A model generated the notes under the pieces. It was given only the letters and a program-made list of their open reading frames with translations, did no database searches and had not been told where the DNA came from. Below are positions 47,947-54,761 of a stretch of 60,828 nucleotides of DNA, piece by piece. Both the position numbers and the translations under genes were made by a program. This stretch comes from Candidatus Bathyarchaeia archaeon. GTDB taxonomy: Archaea > Thermoproteota > Bathyarchaeia > Bathyarchaeales > Bathycorpusculaceae. Numbering within the stretch: position 1 is the first letter of the stretch; each line of letters starts with the position of its first letter. The stretch is taken from positions 1-60,828 of the forward strand of contig DATBWI010000084.1 of assembly GCA_036514855.1 (NCBI GenBank), written 5' to 3'.

Positions 47947-48645
47947 ATGGTCGCAAAGAAGAAATATGGCATCAAAAATCGGCCAACAAGCCAGCATTAT
48001 GCGCCTATAAAGCATTCGAAGAAAAGACTATCCTCTGGCATGAAAACACTTCTGCTGTTATCCGTCGTTGCCCTAGTCGGAGTCGCTTGGATTTTTACAT
48101 CGCAATCGGGACAGCCAACACAATCGGGGCAACCAACACAGTCTGAGCAACCAACGCAGCCGGAGCAACCAACACAAACAGGAACATCTTACCCCACTAA
48201 CGTTGCAGGTGTCTCATACGCAAACCCCGTTATAACATCTAATGGCACCCGCGCCGCCCTGCCAGCCAGTTTCGTAAACTCAAAAAAACTCGTATTTATT
48301 GATTTGAAGCTCGAAAGACAGATGAATACTCTGACATACCAAGGTCGAACCATTCCACTCAGCATCTATAAAGACGGCAACTATCTGCCTCTGCTCGCCA
48401 TTGCAACACCTCAGCAGAAAGTTATCACAGGAATCAGGGTCTGCGAACCCTGCGGCTCTTTCAGCTTTCACATAGTAGAGGGAAAATACTTGCAATGCGA
48501 TGCATGCGGCACAAGATGGGATGTGGAAACCTTAACAGGTGTGAGCGGCGGTTGCACAAAGTACTCTCCGCCGACGCTTTCAGCTACAGTTGGGGAAAAC
48601 ATAGAAATTGACCTTTCTCCTCTGCAATTGAGAGTAACGGCGTAG
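47947..48645 (+). CDS. membrane-anchored Cys-rich protein (DUF2318-like zinc-ribbon domain) with a repeat linker
   Basis: 232 aa. A TM anchor is followed by the (S/E)(G/E)QPTQ x4 linker. The C-terminal part reads CEPCGSFSFH...CDACGTRWD...GGC. Confidence 0.6.
   Translation: MVAKKKYGIKNRPTSQHYAPIKHSKKRLSSGMKTLLLLSVVALVGVAWIFTSQSGQPTQSGQPTQSEQPTQPEQPTQTGTSYPTNVAGVSYANPVITSNGTRAALPASFVNSKKLVFIDLKLERQMNTLTYQGRTIPLSIYKDGNYLPLLAIATPQQKVITGIRVCEPCGSFSFHIVEGKYLQCDACGTRWDVETLTGVSGGCTKYSPPTLSATVGENIEIDLSPLQLRVTA
48109..48180 (+). repeat. 18-nt in-frame tandem repeat x4
   Basis: The units are ggacagccaacacaatcg / gggcaaccaacacagtct / gagcaaccaacgcagccg / gagcaaccaacacaaaca, encoding GQPTQS-GQPTQS-EQPTQP-EQPTQT. 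Confidence 0.9.
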
Positions 48646-48871
48646 CAATACGTAGTGATGAAGCTGAAGCAATAAGTATAGTTGGCTATTTTCCCTGCAC
48701 CCTTTTTTCTCAATTCTAGCGTGTTAGACAATTGGTATTTCCAAGATGAGTCTGATTCTCATGCGCCCACATGGGTCAGTCGCTTTGTAGTTGAGACCAC
48801 TATTACTGCGCCGAAAACTGCGTCCAGTGATCTTGTTGCAGAGGTTAAGCCTCTACGGTCCTAAGCCAAAA

Positions 48872-48918
48872 GTATGGTGGGGCTGCCCGTCCCCATACCC
48901 AAACGGGTTCAAATCCCC
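48872..48918. other. hairpin carrying an exact 15-nt copy of the tRNA-Pro 3' end, followed by a T-arm-like GGGTTCAAATCCCC
   Basis: TGGTGGGGCTGCCCG at 48875-48889 equals 53014-53028, which is the CCA end, acceptor 3' strand and start of the T-stem of tRNA-Pro in the same orientation. The local stem is GTATGG(T)GGGG / TCCCCATAC. The T-loop-like motif is at 48905-48918. Confidence 0.6.
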
Positions 48919-49077
48919 ATCTAGGTAGAAGGCGTTAATCTCTTCAGAAAGGAAAAACAATAGTTAAGACCGAAGGGTTTGTTCTTGTTCGTCTGAGCTT
49001 GTCGACAATGTGGTACGTCAGATTTACGTTAGACTTTTTAGAGAGATAAGATCCAAGTAAATTGACTTCGGAGTTCA

Positions 49078-49317
49078 TTAAGCGCCTTTCGGATGCTTAT
49101 TCATCCAATCCGCAACAAATGCTTCTGCTTTTGATTCGGTCGCATACTCTGGTGATATTTTCCTGCCTTCTACATTATCATTTCTTACCATAGGAAACAG
49201 CATTGCCAGGTAGTGCTCTCCAAACTCCTTCTTTATAACAACGAGATTTTGTCCTGTTGTGGCATTTATATGGCCTCTCTGATTGTCTATCCTTCTCCAA
49301 CCTTTCACTATTTTCAT
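49078..49317 (-). CDS. hypothetical protein
   Basis: 79 aa. It starts 3 nt after the stop of the OB-fold gene, so it is probably in the same operon. No motif. Confidence 0.5.
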   Translation of the reverse strand: MKIVKGWRRIDNQRGHINATTGQNLVVIKKEFGEHYLAMLFPMVRNDNVEGRKISPEYATESKAEAFVADWMNKHPKGA

Positions 49318-49320
49318 AAA

Positions 49321-49971
49321 TCATTCCTCACGCGGACTATTTACTTCTTTTAGTTGGGAGTACAATTCTTCAATGTTACTGAGCGTTCCTGTTTTTCCAA
49401 GGCTCAATTGTCTTTCTCCTCTGAATGTGGACGTTCGTGCGTTCTCAATCTGAATCGTGTCCCCATTGGAGACGGATTCTATTTGCTCATTCCACAAGCA
49501 CAGTTTGATTGTTCCGGTTTCGTCCGCTATCAAAGCGTGAGCTACGCTGACGCAGTTCCCAAACCGCGTAACGACAAGTCTTGGTCTTGGAATTTCCAGA
49601 ACTTTAGCCCTCAAGTTAACATGGCTCATTCCAGTGCGCAAGTCTCTGATTAAAAGAGAATGTGATTCCCTATTTTTCTTAATTAGATATCTGCGAGGCA
49701 TGTCGGTTTTCATAAAATTCTTAATTGGATTGCTTTGTTCTAGGAGGAGTCCCCTTAATACTGGAAATTGTGCAACAACTTTAGAGTCCTTCAAAATCAA
49801 AAAGATGACCTTGTCTTGTGTCTTACCGCGACATTCGATTGAAAGGCCCTCACACTTGGACTTTTGATTTTTTTCTGCTGAGATTAACGCATAAAAAAAT
49901 TCGTCAGGGTTAACCTCATATTTTGCTGAAAGAAAAGCGAGATATTCGCCCGGTGACAATCTGTTTTTCAA
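49321..49971 (-). CDS. fusion protein: unknown N-terminal domain plus C-terminal SSB-type OB fold
   Basis: 216 aa with a TTG start. Residues ~105-200 (IRDLRTGMSHVNLRAKVLEI...ALIADETGTIKLCLWNEQ...GDTIQIENARTSTFRGERQLSLGKTG) align position by position with the crenarchaeal SSB OB fold as I recall it (NLKPNM..VNV..RVLE...A.VGDETGRVKLTLW...G..V.IENAWTTAFKGQVQLNAG). Confidence 0.7.
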   Translation of the reverse strand: MKNRLSPGEYLAFLSAKYEVNPDEFFYALISAEKNQKSKCEGLSIECRGKTQDKVIFLILKDSKVVAQFPVLRGLLLEQSNPIKNFMKTDMPRRYLIKKNRESHSLLIRDLRTGMSHVNLRAKVLEIPRPRLVVTRFGNCVSVAHALIADETGTIKLCLWNEQIESVSNGDTIQIENARTSTFRGERQLSLGKTGTLSNIEELYSQLKEVNSPREE

Positions 49972-50029
49972 AGTTTTTCTACTCTTTTTTCATGTGTTAT
50001 TTTTTGTGAAGAAACCATCCTTGGACAAT

Positions 50030-50221
50030 TTAAAGATCTCTTAGAAGGCTTAAGAGTTGATCTTTCTTGTTGAAGTCTTTGTTCTTTTCCGCTGCTAATA
50101 TGGCACGTTGCACCCAACTTCTCAATTCAGAGTAATAGTCTATTTTAGGCGGATGCCTTCTTTCCGCTCTGCTGGTCCACGATTGCGTTGGCGTGCTTAC
50201 CCCCTTATTTAATAATTCCAT
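50030..50221 (-). CDS. hypothetical small protein
   Basis: The start at MELLNKGV (ATG 50221) lies 5 nt after GAGGTGA. The longer ORF to 50347 lacks an SD. 63 aa, no motif. Confidence 0.5.
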   Translation of the reverse strand: MELLNKGVSTPTQSWTSRAERRHPPKIDYYSELRSWVQRAILAAEKNKDFNKKDQLLSLLRDL

Positions 50222-50467
50222 AGTTTTCACCTCATGTTTTTTAGTAGAATGGTTAAGAAAAATGACAAAATTTGTTATAGTCCCTTTTGTCAATATTTCT
50301 ACGAGAATTCTACTCTTAATATAATACACTTGGTTGCATATTAACATATGTGAGATGTGTTCAATCGGGGCTGATTTTGAGGCGCTTTTCCAGCCGAAAT
50401 GGCTTTTTTGTGTAAAAGGCTCTATTTAAACGAGTATAAATTGTCGGAGATAGCAAATGCGCGCGCG

Positions 50468-50764
50468 TTAGATTATGGAGGATGCATAAATGCTAGAATC
50501 AAGTAACAGGACCATCCTTTTATATAGTTCTAGAAACTCTCGGTCAGCGTCTGTTCTCTGATACCTTACTTTTCCCGCTATCGCATCTATTCGAATGAGA
50601 TCATTTGAACTCATGAAATTCAAATATTGCCCTGATTGTGTGGAGCTCATATTACAGCGAGACATGATATTCGTGCTACTGGTTGGTTTGTGCAACTCTC
50701 TCAGAATCTCTGCTATAATGTCAAACTTGCTACGGTTTCCGGAGACTTCTCTCATTCTTAACAT
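50468..50764 (-). CDS. small winged-helix regulator (COG3432/HTH_45-like)
   Basis: 98 aa. RSKFDIIAEILRELHKPTSSTNIMSRCNMSSTQSGQYLNFMSSNDLI ... FLELYKRM matches the archaeal small wHTH family pattern. Confidence 0.6.
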   Translation of the reverse strand: MLRMREVSGNRSKFDIIAEILRELHKPTSSTNIMSRCNMSSTQSGQYLNFMSSNDLIRIDAIAGKVRYQRTDADREFLELYKRMVLLLDSSIYASSII

Positions 50765-50956
50765 GCCATATTACCTCTCAGGCAAAAGCAAACCATTTCT
50801 AAGAAAACAGTCTTGCAATAACCTATCGGCACACGCTTTCCCAATATATCTCAGCATACCTTAAAAAGAAACGCATGAAGATTGATGTTCTATTTTCCAA
50901 TGTGTGCCAAAAACATATATAGGAAATCTAATGATTTTAAAGAAGAGGCAATCAAA

Positions 50957-51181
50957 ATGTCAAAAGATATTAAGCTTGAACGTGGAGTTAAAGGGTACAA
51001 CATTATTAGGAAAAAATGTCCGAACTGCGGTGCCGATTTCGTCTTCAAACTTCATAAGAACGCAGTTCACGACGTAGGCGGAGACGCATTATATTATCCT
51101 GAAGAAAAAGTTGTTCGCTGTAAAGTCTGCATGAGCACATTCAAATACGAATCTAAAGACCAAGGGCTGAAAACCAAGTAA
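50957..51181 (+). CDS. zinc-ribbon small protein
   Basis: 74 aa from the ATG at 50957 (AGAGG 8 nt upstream), with CPNCG ... CKVC. The annotated longer ORF from 50882 is unlikely. Confidence 0.5.
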   Translation: MSKDIKLERGVKGYNIIRKKCPNCGADFVFKLHKNAVHDVGGDALYYPEEKVVRCKVCMSTFKYESKDQGLKTK

Positions 51182-51471
51182 ATCTGCTACGTTGCCAAAC
51201 TCGCAGATTCCTTTGAGCATCGATATTTAACGCGCGCTAGTGCGCCAACGTTGTGTTTTACCGTCTTTTCTGTTTTTTTCCGCCACGAGCTCTTCTTGTT
51301 TGATGACCCTTTTGCCTATCAATCGTTTTTCCAACTCGTTTGTCTTTCTTACCCACCTTATATTATCTCCACTTAATTGTCAACAGTATTCTCCAAAATA
51401 TATCTATTGTCCATAAAGTGCACGTTTGCCTATACTTAAGGAACTGAGGTTAAATTAAACTTGAGCGCACG

Positions 51472-51675
51472 CTAGCCGGATAGTCGGACTCTTTCTCCTA
51501 TTGCTTGTTCAGGTATGTTCTTGTGGAATTTGGCTGTGACAACGTCTTTCTTGCCGTGCAAGCCCATGATTCTGCCGATTAAGTTGTTCTTTCCATATTT
51601 CAGAACCACTTTTCGCCCAATAAGCTGGCTTGCCTTAGAGACAGTATTTCACCTATGATATGGATGAGGCACCAT
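51472..51675 (-). pseudogene. rpl35ae: ribosomal protein L35Ae-like gene, N-terminally shortened and interrupted by an in-frame TGA
   Basis: The minus strand reads MVPHPYHR-TGA-NTVSKASQLIGRKVVLKYGKNNLIGRIMGLHGKKDVVTAKFHKNIPEQAIGERVRLSG*. The part after the stop aligns with the C-terminal ~58 residues of archaeal L35Ae (..EEASKLIGR.V......GK...G.I...HG..G.V.A+F...+P.QA+G..V). It was not in the ORF track. Confidence 0.5.
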
Positions 51676-51858
51676 TTTGGCGTCTATGTTCTAATGCATA
51701 TTCGATAGTGCACTATCGTTCCATAAATAGGTGTTACTCTTGAGTATGTATGACTTCTCGATTTGAAGATACTCTGTTTATAAGCCGCGATGTGAAGTGT
51801 ACTGTAGCGTGTAAGAAGCGATTTTTGCACAGCCGCATATCAGGAGTTGAAATAGTAA

Positions 51859-51999
51859 ATGTATGAGAAAGAGATGCATAAGGCAGTCTGTGCTGATTGT
51901 GGAAAAGACTGTGAAGTTCCATTCAAGCCTGATCCCAGCAGACCTGTTTACTGTCGAGATTGCTATTCGAAACGAGGACCACCAAGAAGAAGATTCTAA
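51859..51999 (+). CDS. CxxC-x17-CxxC zinc-ribbon protein
   Basis: 46-aa ORF missing from the track: MYEKEMHKAVCADCGKDCEVPFKPDPSRPVYCRDCYSKRGPPRRRF. AGGAG lies upstream. It is a paralogue of the next gene. Confidence 0.6.
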   Translation: MYEKEMHKAVCADCGKDCEVPFKPDPSRPVYCRDCYSKRGPPRRRF

Positions 52000-52076
52000 G
52001 TTAAGCCTACAACCCTAGCTTAGTATCATTTTTCTTCCATTTTTCACATTTTAAATTACGCTCAAAATCAATCGAG

Positions 52077-52328
52077 GTGATTTACACGTCCCAAAAAAGA
52101 ATGTTCGAAGTCACATGTACGGACTGTGGTCAAGCCACCACTGTGCCTTTCAAGCCTACTGCAGGAAAACCAGTTTACTGTAGAACATGCTATTCAAAAC
52201 ATATGCTCAATCGATCAGAAAATAAAAGTATGAACTTCAGTTTTAACCCGAAACAAGCATGGGCACGACGAGGAGACGACTGGAAAGGAAGAAACGAGCC
52301 AGAGTCCACCAATGTCTTCAACAGGTAA
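52077..52328 (+). CDS. CxxC-x17-CxxC zinc-ribbon protein with C-terminal extension
   Basis: CTDCGQATTVPFKPTAGKPVYCRTC has the same spacing and the same VPFKP..PVYCR.CY core as 51859-51999. The start is uncertain: GTG 52077 lies inside a GAGGTGA, and the alternative is ATG 52101. Confidence 0.6.
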   Translation: MIYTSQKRMFEVTCTDCGQATTVPFKPTAGKPVYCRTCYSKHMLNRSENKSMNFSFNPKQAWARRGDDWKGRNEPESTNVFNR

Positions 52329-52589
52329 TCTGACAACGCTTCATGAAAGACGATTCCTAGAGCGCTAAGACCAAAGGTCGAAATACTCGATGATCTGAGC
52401 ATAAGGTATGTTTCAGATATGTTTTCACAAATTCCTGCACATAGACCTATATACTTGGCGACGCATCTTTTAGTGGTAGTTAGGATTCTCTAGAGGAAGA
52501 GTTCAGTCACAAAGTGGCTTTTTCTCTGATCGTTCTGACTAGTTAAGAATCTTGGCAACCATGTTCTCATGGTTCTGGAGGTGGAAACA

Positions 52590-52895
52590 TTGGGTAAAAG
52601 GAAAATCATAACTGAAGAAACTTTGGAAAACATGTTGTTCCCAAGCCAAAACGATGTGCTAGGAATGGCAGTCAAGATGCTTGGCTTTGACCGAATAATG
52701 GTCAAGTGTCAAGATGGCAAGGAACGATTGTGCAGAGTCCGAGGCAAATTAAAGAGACGCGTATGGATCAGAGAAGGAGACATCGTGCTAGTTTCTCCTT
52801 GGGACTTCCAGTCAGACACTCGAGGGGACATATTCTGGCGGTACAGGAAGAACCAAACTGAACAATTGAGGCTCAAAGGCTACCTCACCATGTAG
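52590..52895 (+). CDS. eif1A: translation initiation factor aIF-1A
   Basis: S1-like OB core: VLGMAVKMLGFDRIMVKCQDGKERLCRVRGKLKRRVWIREGDIVLVSPWDFQSD.RGDIFWRY. I prefer the TTG at 52590, 5 nt after GGAGGTGG. The ORF track starts at ATG 52569. Confidence 0.88.
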   Translation: MGKRKIITEETLENMLFPSQNDVLGMAVKMLGFDRIMVKCQDGKERLCRVRGKLKRRVWIREGDIVLVSPWDFQSDTRGDIFWRYRKNQTEQLRLKGYLTM

Positions 52896-53013
52896 CCGCT
52901 CTGAAGTCTGCTTTGAATTTGACCCGATTTTCCAAATATGTGCAGCAAGGAGAAATAGATAGACAGACAACGATGGTTGTGGAACGCCTACGTCTAATTT
53001 GGTTTAAGTTCTG

Positions 53014-53091
53014 TGGTGGGGCTGCCCGGATTTGAACCGGGGTCTAGAGAGCCCAAGTCTCCAAGCCTAGACCAAACTAGCCGACAGCCCC
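53014..53091 (-). tRNA. tRNA-Pro (UGG), CCA encoded
   Basis: Hand-folded as GGGGCTG-TC-GGCT-(11-nt D loop with GG)-GGCT-T-GGAGA-CTTGGGC-TCTCT-AGAC-CCCGG-TTCAAAT-CCGGG-CAGCCCC-A-CCA. G37 follows the anticodon TGG. Confidence 0.85.
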
Positions 53092-53169
53092 TAATCGTAG
53101 GGTAACCTTAAGACTTCTAAAAGGGGAATTTAAAACATTCTCTTTGCAGAAAAATATGGATGGTGATTT

Positions 53170-53502
53170 TTAGTGTTTTCTCATTGTGCATTGGAGCACT
53201 TTGGGGCAGATTAGGCATTCGTCTGGAATAGGTGCTTCCCTAGGGATTGTGTTTAGGAATCCGAAGAAGCGGGCGCATTTGGCTGGTGAGTCGAAGACTT
53301 TTGGGTATTCGGTTGATTTGACGCTGACTATTTTCATGTTGTTTACTGTGATGTTTAGTTTTGACATGCAGTAGGGGCAAGCGTAGTATGTTTCTCTTGG
53401 GATTGTGGATGAGTCGGTTAAGACGGTTGGCTTGTCAAAGTGTTTTTCGCAGCCCTTGTATGGGCATTTTAGCTTTTCGTCGTGGACGTGTAGGTGGTGC
53501 AT
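53170..53502 (-). CDS. Cys/His-rich putative zinc-finger protein
   Basis: 110 aa with HHLHVHDEKLKCPYKGCEKHF, then ACPYC, then C..x..CLICPKVLQC. No family assignment. Confidence 0.55.
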   Translation of the reverse strand: MHHLHVHDEKLKCPYKGCEKHFDKPTVLTDSSTIPRETYYACPYCMSKLNITVNNMKIVSVKSTEYPKVFDSPAKCARFFGFLNTIPREAPIPDECLICPKVLQCTMRKH

Positions 53503-53822
53503 GACTCATCCTTCTGTGGATTATTACGGTTGTCTACATATATCTGTACTCGTAATATTTAATAAAGATTTCTGATCACAAAAACAACACAAATACACAT
53601 CACCCGCAAGCAATCAAACCAAGCCTTAAAACCTCTTTTAGCAGGCGATTATGTTGCTCAAAGTCTAAATGGCACGCGTTTGAAGGCTGCGTACTTGAAG
53701 CAGCGAGATTTGAACAGTAAGCAAATTCCACACCCACCTGCACACAGACGTTAAATCTAGAGGTTGGAATCATATAAACTTATATAATAGCTGTTCGACG
53801 TACTATTTGGAGTGAGCTTACA

Positions 53823-54092
53823 ATGGAAGCGATTCATGAGCCTCTTCATGAGCCTCAACTGGACACGATACTGATGGTAGAGAAAGCTATCTTAGACTCT
53901 GAGAATTATCCAACAAGGACAGAGCTCTGGAAAAGTTTGCCTCGGAAAGTCCAGTACCAAACTTTCAAACGCATATTGGACTATCTTGAGGCATCTGGAA
54001 AGATAGCATTCAACGGAAAAGTGATCATCTACACTGGCGTAAATAACCACAAGCTCCAAGCCCTCATGAAGTCAAGTGTTCGCGTTAGATAA
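53823..54092 (+). CDS. small winged-helix-like hypothetical protein
   Basis: 89 aa. TRTELWKSLPRKVQYQTFKRILDYLEASGKIAF resembles a wHTH recognition helix plus wing. Confidence 0.5.
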   Translation: MEAIHEPLHEPQLDTILMVEKAILDSENYPTRTELWKSLPRKVQYQTFKRILDYLEASGKIAFNGKVIIYTGVNNHKLQALMKSSVRVR

Positions 54093-54093
54093 A

Positions 54094-54426
54094 TCACCTT
54101 TTTCTGTAGCCGAAAACCCTGTCGTACTCTTCATGAGACATCAAGTCTAGAATGTGCGGGCATACACCAAATCCTTCTTCATAGAATACTGTGTAGCACG
54201 ACCGATACCCTTCAGGATGAGAGTAACGAAACAGTTTGTTCACGCTATAGCGTTCCATGTAGTGGGATGGAATCTGTTTTTTGCTGATTGACTCGCCTGC
54301 GAACATATTCTCTTTGAGCACGGTTTGCATGTCCTCAATCCATCTTCGAAACTTGGAATTGTGTTGCTTCAGAAAATCGTGAAGTTCCCGAGACCGAAAG
54401 ACGGTAGAGGAAGGTTTGCGAACCAT
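54094..54426 (-). CDS. RelE/ParE-superfamily-like toxin candidate
   Basis: 110 aa. The C-terminal LFRYSHPEGYRSCYTVFYEEGFGVCPHILDLMSHEEYDRVFG follows the RelE/ParE pattern (l.r..l..gYR..Y.v......v.il.i..H..Y). No cognate antitoxin ORF lies upstream. Confidence 0.4.
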   Translation of the reverse strand: MVRKPSSTVFRSRELHDFLKQHNSKFRRWIEDMQTVLKENMFAGESISKKQIPSHYMERYSVNKLFRYSHPEGYRSCYTVFYEEGFGVCPHILDLMSHEEYDRVFGYRKR

Positions 54427-54540
54427 ACAAGTCCATATAGTGACTGACCGCTTAAGATTTTACTTATCTTTTTCACCCCGAAAACGGAGCCGAAGAAGAT
54501 CTGACTGAAAATTGGAGGCACAGAACTTGAACTGTCTGAT

Positions 54541-54617
54541 TGGAGCCTCGGTCGGGCTTTGAACCCGAGACCTGCGGTTTACGAAACCGCCGCTCTACCA
54601 AGCTGAGCTACCGAGGC
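54541..54617 (-). tRNA. tRNA-Thr (CGU), CCA encoded
   Basis: GCCTCGG-TA-GCTC-AGCTTGGTA-GAGC-G-GCGGT-TTCGTAA-ACCGC-AGGTC-TCGGG-TTCAAAG-CCCGA-CCGAGGC-T-CCA. Confidence 0.9.
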
Positions 54618-54761
54618 GCGCTTCTCTAGTGAAGCGAACGCTTATTTTTAAGATGTTCGGAATAACGTTTTAGGCTGCAATTAGCACCTGCAACAAAATG
54701 CAGTACTAGCAACAGCCGACACACGCAAAGATGCCGCATCCTTGCAGAGGAGAAAAGTAAA

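Noticed and set aside
48682-48864. 60-aa plus-strand ORF upstream of the tRNA-Pro-end copy, checked as a possible integrase fragment
   Set aside because: It has no recombinase motifs (no R..H..R..Y context), no SD, and overlaps another equally weak ORF.
51258-51356. 32-aa very basic minus-strand ORF (GTG start; MGKKDKRVGKTIDRQKGHQTRRARGGKKQKRR), which I considered as a small ribosomal protein
   Set aside because: I cannot match it to any ribosomal protein family from memory. Its GTG lies inside the SD-like AAGGTGG rather than after it. It would need a profile search before being called.
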